Source: Candidatus Omnitrophota bacterium (GTDB taxonomy: Bacteria; Omnitrophota; Gorgyraeia; Gorgyraeales; Gorgyraeaceae). Taken from it: a stretch of DNA of 64,000 nucleotides. Positions 20,483 through 28,875 of this stretch are shown here, piece by piece. Made by a program: the position numbers and the translations under genes. The stretch spans positions 11,437-75,436 of the forward strand of contig JAPLMD010000054.1 of NCBI GenBank assembly GCA_026387235.1, read 5' to 3'. The number at the start of each line of letters is the position of its first letter. Position 1 is the first letter of the stretch. The notes under the pieces are model-generated. The model saw nothing but the letters and a program-made list of their open reading frames with translations. It was not told where the DNA came from and made no database searches.

Positions 20483-21727
20483 CTAATCAATAGATATCTT
20501 CTTGCCTTTTGTCTTAAGGGTAAGATCTATGATAATCTTTGAGAGTTTCTTGGCATCGTGCCTTACATAATTTTGAGTATTTACCACGTCGCCTTCTATT
20601 ACGTTGTAACCATTCTCTATAATCTTATCTGAGTCAGCTAAAACAGGATAAGCGCCTTCTTCTTCATATTTTTTAAGAAGCTCTTTTAGGACCTTGCCTG
20701 TATTTACGATGCAGTAATTAAGTATATCGGGTCTTGTATGGGATATAAGGGCGTTCATGTGATCAAATGCCGTATAATTATTTGTTTCTCCGGTTTGCGT
20801 CATTACATTACAGACATAAACTTTCTGCGCCTTGGACTCAGCAATCTTTTCCGCTATACCGTCCACCAGAAGATTAGGGATAACGCTTGTATATAAACTA
20901 CCAGGCCCAAGAACTATTATGTCAGCCTCAGCTATTGCTTCAAAAGATTCTTTGCTGGCTTTGCAATGCAATGGGTCTAAATAAACTTTTTTTATAGGCG
21001 CGTTTTGTTTAACTATCTTTGTCTCCCCTACGGTCTTCTGTCCATTCTGATATTCCGCCACAAGCTTAACTTTCTCAAACGTAGAGGGAATAACACTGCC
21101 TCTTATCGCAAGAACTTTACTGGATTCTTTTATTGCCTTTTCAAAATCGCCTGTAACCTTACACATTGCGGTTATAAATAGATTTCCGAAACTATGCCCC
21201 TTTAATTCTGATTCGTCTCCAAATCTAAACTGAAATAACTCGCGCATTAGCGGCTCTGCGTCTGCAAGCGCAACAAGGCAATTTCTTATGTCTCCCGGCG
21301 GAAGCATGTCAAATTGCTCCCTTAGCCTTCCGGAAGACCCGCCGTCATCCGCAACAGTTACTATTGCCGTGATGTTGCTTGTATGTTCTTTTAAACCGTG
21401 AAGAATAGTTGAAAGACCGGTTCCGCCTCCTATAACTACTATCTTTGGGCCCTTTTCGAGTTGGCGATAGTGATACATTATATCCACTAGCTCTTTTTCT
21501 CGCTGCGGGAGAAAAACTGCAATGAATGATTTCAGCATCCTCTTCATGCCATATATGACTATCAATGAGCCCAGGACAACAACAGAAATGCCTATTATTT
21601 TGGATCCTGGAAATTTTTTAAGTATCCACACCATAGAACCCATGGCAACTAATAAAACGCCCGTACCGGAAGTAAATATCCAGCGTTTTATTTTCATTCC
21701 AGGATAAAGCCATTTAAATCTTCGCAT
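20483..21727 (-). CDS. yvcK: YvcK/GlmR-family protein with an N-terminal membrane anchor
   Basis: GGGTG, DDGGSSG, PPGDIRN, GPGSLYTS. Confidence 0.92.
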   Translation of the reverse strand: MRRFKWLYPGMKIKRWIFTSGTGVLLVAMGSMVWILKKFPGSKIIGISVVVLGSLIVIYGMKRMLKSFIAVFLPQREKELVDIMYHYRQLEKGPKIVVIGGGTGLSTILHGLKEHTSNITAIVTVADDGGSSGRLREQFDMLPPGDIRNCLVALADAEPLMRELFQFRFGDESELKGHSFGNLFITAMCKVTGDFEKAIKESSKVLAIRGSVIPSTFEKVKLVAEYQNGQKTVGETKIVKQNAPIKKVYLDPLHCKASKESFEAIAEADIIVLGPGSLYTSVIPNLLVDGIAEKIAESKAQKVYVCNVMTQTGETNNYTAFDHMNALISHTRPDILNYCIVNTGKVLKELLKKYEEEGAYPVLADSDKIIENGYNVIEGDVVNTQNYVRHDAKKLSKIIIDLTLKTKGKKISID

Positions 21728-21734
21728 ATATTTT

Positions 21735-22205
21735 TTACGCCCTTCTGATATCTTCTTCTTTTATAATCTTGATCAGTGTTCTTTCGCCGTCTGAATTTTT
21801 TAATGAATCTCTGAAATACTTGTCTTTTAATAATTTCGAGATACGGGCCAGCGCCTTGAGATGCGGGCCTGAAGATTCTACAGGAGCTAATAGAAGGAAA
21901 AATATGTAGGCAGGCTCTCCATCTAATGAATCAAACTTTATGCCGCTTTTAGATATGCCAAAAGCTCCTATAAGCTCGCTCACATATTCACATTTTCCAT
22001 GAGGTATGGCAACGCCCTGGCCGATACCAGTCGAACCAAGGGTTTCTCTGTTTAAAAGCACTTTTACAACAGCGTCTTTGTCTTTAGGCTTGAGCTGGCC
22101 TGATTTAACCAAGAGTTCTATGAGCTCCTTTATAACGCTATTTTTGTCCTGGGATTTTAAATCCGCTGATACTGCCTTCTCGTTTAAAAAATCGAGTATG
22201 TGCAT
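21735..22205 (-). CDS. ptsN: PTS EIIA (Ntr/Fru type)
   Basis: RETLGSTGIGQGVAIPH, HLKALARIS. Confidence 0.88.
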   Translation of the reverse strand: MHILDFLNEKAVSADLKSQDKNSVIKELIELLVKSGQLKPKDKDAVVKVLLNRETLGSTGIGQGVAIPHGKCEYVSELIGAFGISKSGIKFDSLDGEPAYIFFLLLAPVESSGPHLKALARISKLLKDKYFRDSLKNSDGERTLIKIIKEEDIRRA

Positions 22206-22215
22206 CTGTTCCTCC

Positions 22216-22278
22216 CAAATTTGCGAAGCAAATTTGATCCCGAGCCGCCCCTATACCTACATATATGCGGCGAGGACC
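22216..22278. repeat. Family A repeat
   Basis: CAAATTTGCGAAGCAAATTTG ATCCCGAGCCGC...GCGGCGAGGACC. Confidence 0.85.
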
Positions 22279-22396
22279 TATTTACCTGCTAGCTTTATTT
22301 TTTTCTCTATCACACCTAATATTCTTAATTCTTTGCCCCTCGCGACACACTATTCGTTCGGCGTTCGTTCGTTTCGAACCCCTAAATTCACTATTA

Positions 22397-22436
22397 ATGG
22401 TGAGCAAGGTCGCCTTCGGCGGCCGCGTCGAACCAT
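22397..22436. repeat. REP-like palindrome ATGGTGAGC...GTCGAACCAT
   Basis: Stem with a tandem GA mismatch, abutting the duplicated tRNA-Gly 3' end. Confidence 0.6.
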
Positions 22437-22601
22437 GGAGCGGGAGACGGGGTTCGGCGCCCTTCGCTTCGGCCTCGTCCAGAGGCCTCGGCACTTCCTC
22501 AGACATTACGTCCTCGGTCGCTCAGGGTCGGCCACTCGCCCTTGAAATCCTCCTATTCGTCGTATTTCAAAACAGGGCTCTCTTCGAACCCCTTAAAAAT
22601 C
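22436..22601 (-). mobile_element. tRNA-Gly-linked structured element ending in a duplicated tRNA 3' end
   Basis: 22436-22456 is identical to 22602-22622; the core is shared with 22946-23091. Confidence 0.6.
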
Positions 22602-22676
22602 TGGAGCGGGAGACGGGGTTCGAACCCGCGACCTTCTCGTTGGCAACGAGAAGCTCTACCACTGAGCTACTCCCGC
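22602..22676 (-). tRNA. tRNA-Gly(GCC)
   Basis: GCGGGAGTAGCTCAGTGGTAGAGC-TTCTCGTT GCC AACGAGAA-GGTCGCGGGTTCGAACCCCGTCTCCCGCTCCA. Confidence 0.96.
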
Positions 22677-22705
22677 GGACATTTATTTTTCTCCATGTAT
22701 TCTCA

Positions 22706-22840
22706 GTCCCGAGTCGCCCTATTTTTTATTTATCTGCGACGAGGGACAAACTAAAGTATCCTTAACTATCTTTTTGGTCCCTCGCGACTATATATAACAG
22801 ATATTGGTCGTTCAGGATCAGTTCTGCCTTCGGCAGAACT
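22706..22840. repeat. Two family A repeats in opposite orientation between tRNA-Gly and tRNA-Leu
   Basis: GTCCCGAGTCGC...GCGACGAGGGAC (22706-22747) and GGTCCCTCGCGAC...GTCGTTCAGGATCAGTTCTGCCTTCGGCAGAACTG (about 22776-22841). Confidence 0.75.
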
Positions 22841-22924
22841 GGTGCGAGAGGAGGGAGTCGAACCCTCAAGGGTCTCCCCACTAGCTCCTAAGGCTAGCGC
22901 GTCTGCCAATTCCGCCACCCTCGC
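22840..22924 (-). tRNA. tRNA-Leu(TAG)
   Basis: GCGAGGGTGGCGGAATTGGCAGACGCG-CTAGC CT TAG GA GCTAG, long variable arm, GGTTCGACTCC...ACCA. Confidence 0.96.
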
Positions 22925-22945
22925 CTATATCTGTTTCTGCGGTCC

Positions 22946-23091
22946 TGGTACTCCCAACAGGATTCGGCGCTTTGCCCTTCGGGCAAAGTCGGCCATTCGC
23001 TCTGCTGTCGTCCGCCAATATTCTTGGCAGACTTTTCCTCGCTTCGCTCGGCGCAGAGCTCTATTCGAATCCTGTAACCTGAATAACATTG
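22946..23091 (-). mobile_element. tRNA-Lys-linked structured element ending in a duplicated tRNA 3' end
   Basis: 22946-22966 matches 23092-23112 at 20/21 positions; the core is shared with the Gly-linked element. Confidence 0.6.
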
Positions 23092-23167
23092 TGGTACCCC
23101 CAACAGGATTCGAACCTGTGACCTTATCATTAAGAGTGATCTGCTCTACCAACTGAGCTATGGGGGC
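23092..23167 (-). tRNA. tRNA-Lys(CTT)
   Basis: GCCCCCATAGCTCAGTTGGTAGAGC-ATCA CT CTT AA TGAT-GGTTCGAATCC...ACCA. Confidence 0.95.
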
Positions 23168-23184
23168 ACAAACGTTAAGCCTAA

Positions 23185-23213
23185 ATGATATCACAGGTTA
23201 AAAACTTCGTCAA
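23185..23213 (-). promoter_or_regulatory. sigma70 promoter for tRNA-Lys/Leu
   Basis: TTGACG-17 bp-TATCAT with extended -10 TG. Confidence 0.7.
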
Positions 23214-23228
23214 TAATTTTAATGTATA

Positions 23229-23352
23229 GGTCCCTCACGACTAGATACAAAAAACTATGGTCGTTCGGGATCAAATCCGCCTTTGGCGAGGTCCTTCGAA
23301 TACTTCCTATTCGGTCGTATTCTCAGGATCAATTTTTGCTTTGCAAAAATTG
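23229..23352. repeat. Two tandem family A repeats abutting the tRNA-Arg CCA
   Basis: GGTCCCTCACGAC...GTCGTTCGGGATC, then GGTCCTTCGAATAC...GTATTCTCAGGATCAATTTTTGCTTTGCAAAAATTG. Confidence 0.75.
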
Positions 23353-23427
23353 GCGCGCCCGGGGTGAATCGAACACCCAGCCTACTGGTTCGAAGCCAGC
23401 CGCTCTATCCATTTGAGCTACGGGCGC
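23351..23427 (-). tRNA. tRNA-Arg(TCG)
   Basis: GCGCCCGTAGCTCAAATGGATAGAGCG-CTGG CT TCG AA CCAG-...GTTCGATTC...GCCA. Confidence 0.94.
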
Positions 23428-23435
23428 ACTGCTGA

Positions 23436-24119
23436 CTAAAGACGCTTATGTTCCGCAAAACTGTAATATCTGTTGTCCCCTATTATTATATGGTCCAGGA
23501 CATTTATCTGTAATGCCCTGCAAGCTGCTACAAGATTTTTGGTAAATACCCCATCTTCTTTACTGGGCTCGGGTTCTCCGGATGGATGGTTATGCGCTGC
23601 GATTATACTTGCTGCAAAGTTCTGAAGCGCTTTCAGGGCTATCTCTCTAATATGAGGGTTGGCCTGGTCAACAGTCCCCTCCTCTATTTCAACTATATCT
23701 ATTATATTATTTTTACTATTTAACAGCAACACCTGAAATATTTCCTTTTTAATATCTCTTAATCTCGGCATAAAAAGCCCGGCAGCGTCTTTTGGAGATT
23801 TTATCACGCTGGATGGTTTTTTAGGCTCAGACATAAACCTTCTCGCTATCTCAAAACTGGCCCTTAATTGCGCTATCTTTGTGTCTCCTATGCCCTTAAA
23901 ACTTCTCATTTCAGAAATATCAGTATGACTCATGTTTCTGAAAGTCTTAAAACGCTCCACTACTTGCCGCCCCAGATCTACTGCGCTCATGCCTTTCGCG
24001 CCAGTGCGGAATAGTATAGCGAGAAGCTCCGCGTTGGTAAGCGTATGTTCCCCATATTTAAAAAGCTTTTCTCTCGGCCTTTCATTCTCCGGCCATTTTT
24101 TTATACCTGACTTTGCCAT
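23436..24119 (-). CDS. radC: RadC/JAB-domain protein
   Basis: ERPREKL, ELLAIL, HNHPSG-PEPS-ED, LDHIII. Confidence 0.94.
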   Translation of the reverse strand: MAKSGIKKWPENERPREKLFKYGEHTLTNAELLAILFRTGAKGMSAVDLGRQVVERFKTFRNMSHTDISEMRSFKGIGDTKIAQLRASFEIARRFMSEPKKPSSVIKSPKDAAGLFMPRLRDIKKEIFQVLLLNSKNNIIDIVEIEEGTVDQANPHIREIALKALQNFAASIIAAHNHPSGEPEPSKEDGVFTKNLVAACRALQINVLDHIIIGDNRYYSFAEHKRL

Positions 24120-24126
24120 ATGTCTG

Positions 24127-25152
24127 CTATGCGGGGTTTCCCGCTAGTTGGCCGCAGGCAGCCATTATATCTTTGCCTTTGGATTCTCTTATTGTTACAT
24201 TGATCCCTTTTTTCAGAAGACCGTCTTCGAAATCTTTTACATCTTTCTTAAGAGAGGATTTAAAATTAACGCTGCACACTTCGCTATAAGGTATAAGATT
24301 AACTTTTGCCTTTAACCTTTTTGCTATTTTTGATAAATCATTTATGTCTTTTTGCGAATCATTTATATCTTTAAACACTATATATTCAAGCGTAAGCATC
24401 CTGCCTCCGTTATTCATATAATCTTCACAGGCCTTTATAAGTTTCTCAAGAGGGTATATTTTATTAACGCTCATCAGTCTATCTCTCAGTTCATTGTTCG
24501 CGGCATGAAGAGATATGGACAAATTAACCTGCAAGCCTAATTCTTTAAACTTCTCTATGCCCGGTATAATGCCGGAGGTTGAAACAGTAATTCTCCTGGC
24601 TGCTACGGCCATTGCCTCAGGGGAATTCATTATCTTTATAGTTCTGGATACGTTTTCATAATTATCAAAAGGTTCGCCCATGCCCATAAAAACAAAATTT
24701 GTTATATCATGCTTCAATCTATGTTCCAGAAATAATGCCTGGCTTAATATCTCGGATACACTTAAATCTCTTTTAAAACCATTCATGCCGCTTGCGCAGA
24801 ATACACAGGCATACTTACAACCTGCCTGAGTTGAAATGCACGCTGTTTTTCTCTTATTTGAACAAATAAGCACTGTTTCTATCAGGATTCCATCGTCAAG
24901 CTCGAACAAAATTTTTTCAGTCCCATCAATAGATTCAAGTTGCTTTAAAGGCTTCACGGCGCCTATATAATAGGATTCGGCTAATTTATCCATGAATAAT
25001 TTCGGGATATTATTCATGGCGTTAAAATCTTCTGCGCCTTTTTTATAAATCCAGGAAAATATCTGTTTAGCTCTGTAGGAAGGCTCTGAAATTTTTTTAA
25101 ATTCTTCCTTAAGCTCTTCGAGAGTGAAATTCTTTATATCTTTTTTATCCAT
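24127..25152 (-). CDS. rlmN: 23S rRNA/tRNA m2A methyltransferase (radical SAM)
   Basis: CKYACVFC, MGMGEP, SLHA, AACGQL. Confidence 0.94.
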   Translation of the reverse strand: MDKKDIKNFTLEELKEEFKKISEPSYRAKQIFSWIYKKGAEDFNAMNNIPKLFMDKLAESYYIGAVKPLKQLESIDGTEKILFELDDGILIETVLICSNKRKTACISTQAGCKYACVFCASGMNGFKRDLSVSEILSQALFLEHRLKHDITNFVFMGMGEPFDNYENVSRTIKIMNSPEAMAVAARRITVSTSGIIPGIEKFKELGLQVNLSISLHAANNELRDRLMSVNKIYPLEKLIKACEDYMNNGGRMLTLEYIVFKDINDSQKDINDLSKIAKRLKAKVNLIPYSEVCSVNFKSSLKKDVKDFEDGLLKKGINVTIRESKGKDIMAACGQLAGNPA

Positions 25153-25174
25153 AAAGGCATTGGAGGCAGGAAAT

Positions 25175-25717
25175 TTACGAAAGACTATCTCGTCCTTCTT
25201 TAAATCGTTCCAATAATCTTTTTATATCGCTATCTGCCGAGCGCATAATCTGAGTGGCTATAAAAATCAGGATGGAGAACTGCCAGGAATCTTCAGGCCC
25301 CGTAATCAGGCCGTTAGCCACGTCTTCTCCTCTCTGCAGTTTATCAGAATAATATTCTATAGCCTTTTCAAGATGGCCCTCGTAAACGTCAAGTGAATAG
25401 GTCTTATTGTTATATTTTAGAGACGGGAATGTTACCCCGCGCACAAAAAGAAAATTCAAGATCATGTCCTGTCCTGAATGAAATTCCCTTTCAAAATCAA
25501 ATCCTTCAAACTGAGGAGAGTTCGACGGCAGGATTATGGCAGGTTTTTCAACCACAACCTGGCCCTTTCTGACCACAGTATCTCCCAGATTAACGGAAGA
25601 CTCGGATAAAAATATATACGGCACCTCTGTGGTCTCAAAGGTCAAAAGCTCCTTAGGCCTTGGCCTTATAATCTTAGTACTTTTTAAAGCCTTTTCCCAC
25701 CCATCTTGAATATTCAT
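25175..25717 (-). CDS. Hypothetical protein (180 aa)
   Basis: Fills the gap co-directionally with protein-like composition; no motif recognised. Confidence 0.7.
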   Translation of the reverse strand: MNIQDGWEKALKSTKIIRPRPKELLTFETTEVPYIFLSESSVNLGDTVVRKGQVVVEKPAIILPSNSPQFEGFDFEREFHSGQDMILNFLFVRGVTFPSLKYNNKTYSLDVYEGHLEKAIEYYSDKLQRGEDVANGLITGPEDSWQFSILIFIATQIMRSADSDIKRLLERFKEGRDSLS

Positions 25718-25761
25718 AGTGTTATTGTTATATCATAAAAAGCGCTATAAGGCGAGAAAAA

Positions 25762-28700
25762 TTATTGGCCGGATTCAGATAAGAAAACAATCTTTTTCCT
25801 CTTGCCTTCAATCTTTATGAGAAGGCTGTAAATGCACGGCACGACAAATAGAGTCAGTAGCGTAGAAACTACGACCCCGCCTATGACTGTTACTGCCATA
25901 GGTATACGCGTTTCTGCGCCGGGCCCTAAAGCCAAGGCCGGAGGTATTGCTGCACCAACAGTGGACGCCGCAGTCATAAGAATCGGGCGCAGGCGCGTCG
26001 GACAGGCTTTTAATAATGCCTCACGATGATCCATGTTCTCTTGTTCCCGGAACTGGTTAGTAAAATCAATCAGAAGAATGGAATTTTTTTGAACGATGCC
26101 CATGAGAAGGATAAGCCCGATAATACTGTAAATATTCAATGACTGGCCCGCCACCCATAGAGCTATGAGAGCGCCGGAGATACTAAAAGGAAGCGCGAAT
26201 AGAACTGAAATCGGATGAATATAATTGTTAAACTGCGATGCCAGGACCATGTATGCGACAATAATCCCAAGCCAGAACGCAAACGCGAGACCGGCAAAAG
26301 ACTCCTGAAATGCCTTGGTGCTTCCGCTAAAAACAATATGATAACCTTCCGGTAAAATTCCTTTTGCAATCTTATTAACTTCATCCATGGCACTGACCTG
26401 AGATTTTCCCGGAGCCACATTTGCAAAAATAGAAATAGCCCTTTCCCTGTTCTTGCGCGTAATGGTTAAAGGAGTGAGCTTCTCTGTAATCTTTATAACA
26501 TCTTTTAAATTTACCTGCTCCCCGCGATTGTTCCAGACCCATAACCTATCTATGTTTTCCGCTTCAGTGCGCTGAGAAGGTATCAGACGGACCCGCACGT
26601 CATAACGCCTGCCGTCTCTTGTGTATTTACCGATACGTTCGCCTCCTATAAGAGAATTGACAGTGCTTCCAATGGTATCGACACTCACTCCGCGACTATC
26701 AGCGTTCTGGCGGTCAGGCACGATGCGAATCTCCGGGATAGCAGCCAGGTAGTCAGTATCCACGTCTATCATAAGGCTGCTTTTTTCCATTTCTTTTTGA
26801 ATCTTTCCGGAGCAATCAGCTAATGTTTCCCAGTCAGGCCCTCGAATTGAAAATTCAATAGGAGACCCTCTTTGCGCGGAAAATCCGGAGAGAGATAAAT
26901 CCTGAATAGTGGCTTTGATGTCAGGCACCTGGTTTAAATTTTTGCGAAAAACAGCCATTAACTCAGCCTGAGAAAGCCTGTGTTTTGCAGGAGGCACTAT
27001 CGGCCGTTTCTTAGGATCTTTAAATGTTACAAAGAACATCCCTGAATTTACTTCTCCCCCTCCGAACCCGCCTATGATACTCACCACGCCTTGTACCTCA
27101 GGCCTGCCTAAAACAAACTCCTCTGCTTTTTTAAAACGTTCGTCCGTAAAAGTAATTGAAGAACCTACCGGCGTCTGCAAGCGGCACATAAACATGCTTT
27201 GATCCTGAGGAGGGACAAATTCTTTTCGCAAAATGCCTAGTAAGAAAAGAGACGCTATAAAGAAAATTACGGCAAAGACAACGACCTTTTTTCTGTTTCC
27301 CAAAGCCATCGTAAGCCCGGTTTTGTAACGTTCTGCTAACCATTGAAGGCTTTTATCAATATTTTTTCCCATAACGGTGCTGCGTTTCCCCATTTCAAGA
27401 AATTGCGAGCATCGCATAGGCGCAAGAGTCAAAGCCTCCAGAAGAGACAAAGCCACAGCTATGGAAATCGTCATTCCAAACTGAAAAAAGAACCTTCCTA
27501 TTATGCCGGACATGAAAGCTACGGGCAGAAATATTGCAATAAGCGCAATTGTAGCAGCGAGCGCGGCAAAGGTAATCTGGCGCGCGCCTTGCCGCGCGGC
27601 TTCGACCTGTTCAATACCTTTTTCCCTATAACGAGCTATATTCTCCAGGACCATAATGGCGTCGTCTACAACGATGCCGATTGCGAGCGAAAGCCCAAGG
27701 ACCGTAAAAGTGTTAAGAGTGAATTTTAAAAAATGAATTACAATAAATGCACCTAAAATAGAGGTAGGGATAGCGAGTAAAATATTTAAAGTTGCGCTCC
27801 ATGAGCCCAGAAAAAGCCAGCAAATAAGAGATGTAAGAATCGCCGAAAGAAAAAGAGTGAATGTCAATTCTCGTATTGAATCTTCGCTGAACTTGGTACG
27901 GTTAAAACGAACGATAGCCTGCATGCCTTCAGGAAGAGTTTTTTTGATTTCCTCGAGGCGCTTTAAAACCTTATGCGCTACTTCAACCTCATTAGATCCG
28001 CGTTGTTTGCGGATACCCATGGCAACGGCCGGTTTTCCTGAACTGCGCACAATTCGTCTTATATCCGCAAGGCCATCCTCAATAGTAGCAACATCTTTTA
28101 AATAAATCGGTTTATAGACAGGCTGGCCGGCGCGTTTTGGAATCAGGATATTTTCAAATTCCTCTGTGGTCATAGCCTCGCCCATTACGCGGACATTGAA
28201 TTCCTTTTCTTTTGCCTCAATACGGCCCGCGGGCATTTCCTTATGTTCTTCCTGAACTGCGTTAACAACATCCCCGACTGTCAGCTGATAACTATCCAAT
28301 TTATCGGCATCCACCCATATGCGCAGGTTTCTATCCACAAATCCGCCTAAAAATATCTCGCCTACCCCGCTTATGGTGGAAAACTTATCCTTGACATGGT
28401 TCTGAACATAAGTCATCAAATCGCGCAGCGACATATTGTCAGATAACACTGTAAGAAATACAATAGGCTGGTCGTCAGGATTAGTTTTGGTCACAACCGC
28501 GGGATCCATGTCGTTGGGCAGATTTCTCTGCGCCTGGTCTATCTTTGTCTGGATATCCTGCATAGCTACATCAATATCTCTGTCAAGCTCAAACTCAACC
28601 GTAACAGTAGCGTTTCCCTGCCGTATCTGAGACGATACGTCGCGCACGCCCTGGACACCCATTATCGCGCTTTCGACGATATCCACCACGTCTGATTCCA

Positions 28701-28875
28701 TAACCTCAGGGGCAGCACCTTCCCATGTAAGACTTACAGAAACAACCGGAAAATCGATGTCCGGCAGCTGGCTCACGCCCAGCATGTTGAAACTTATAAT
28801 GCCGAACAGGATAAGCCCCAACATAAGCATCCATGAAAAAACAGGGTTTTTAATCGCTATATCAGAAAGCGTCAT
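25762..28875 (-). CDS. RND (AcrB/MdtC-like) efflux permease
   Basis: PDIDFP, GIVVDDAI, RLRPILMT; 1037 aa. Confidence 0.95.
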   Translation of the reverse strand: MTLSDIAIKNPVFSWMLMLGLILFGIISFNMLGVSQLPDIDFPVVSVSLTWEGAAPEVMESDVVDIVESAIMGVQGVRDVSSQIRQGNATVTVEFELDRDIDVAMQDIQTKIDQAQRNLPNDMDPAVVTKTNPDDQPIVFLTVLSDNMSLRDLMTYVQNHVKDKFSTISGVGEIFLGGFVDRNLRIWVDADKLDSYQLTVGDVVNAVQEEHKEMPAGRIEAKEKEFNVRVMGEAMTTEEFENILIPKRAGQPVYKPIYLKDVATIEDGLADIRRIVRSSGKPAVAMGIRKQRGSNEVEVAHKVLKRLEEIKKTLPEGMQAIVRFNRTKFSEDSIRELTFTLFLSAILTSLICWLFLGSWSATLNILLAIPTSILGAFIVIHFLKFTLNTFTVLGLSLAIGIVVDDAIMVLENIARYREKGIEQVEAARQGARQITFAALAATIALIAIFLPVAFMSGIIGRFFFQFGMTISIAVALSLLEALTLAPMRCSQFLEMGKRSTVMGKNIDKSLQWLAERYKTGLTMALGNRKKVVVFAVIFFIASLFLLGILRKEFVPPQDQSMFMCRLQTPVGSSITFTDERFKKAEEFVLGRPEVQGVVSIIGGFGGGEVNSGMFFVTFKDPKKRPIVPPAKHRLSQAELMAVFRKNLNQVPDIKATIQDLSLSGFSAQRGSPIEFSIRGPDWETLADCSGKIQKEMEKSSLMIDVDTDYLAAIPEIRIVPDRQNADSRGVSVDTIGSTVNSLIGGERIGKYTRDGRRYDVRVRLIPSQRTEAENIDRLWVWNNRGEQVNLKDVIKITEKLTPLTITRKNRERAISIFANVAPGKSQVSAMDEVNKIAKGILPEGYHIVFSGSTKAFQESFAGLAFAFWLGIIVAYMVLASQFNNYIHPISVLFALPFSISGALIALWVAGQSLNIYSIIGLILLMGIVQKNSILLIDFTNQFREQENMDHREALLKACPTRLRPILMTAASTVGAAIPPALALGPGAETRIPMAVTVIGGVVVSTLLTLFVVPCIYSLLIKIEGKRKKIVFLSESGQ

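Noticed and set aside
22436-22601. Intron-containing or extra tRNA genes in the duplicated ends
   Set aside because: No 5' acceptor strand, D-arm or anticodon arm belongs to the duplicates, and the upstream tRNAs are already complete.
22216-23352. Possible CRISPR array from the recurring palindromes
   Set aside because: The repeats are not identical or regularly spaced, orientation varies, and there are no cas genes.
22265-23416. Several 64-166 aa ORFs across the tRNA cluster
   Set aside because: They overlap tRNAs and GC-rich palindromes and show no protein motifs.
23436-24119. radC as a marker of an integrated element at tRNA-Arg
   Set aside because: It is the full-length chromosomal type, 7 bp from rlmN, and no integrase or distal att repeat is present.
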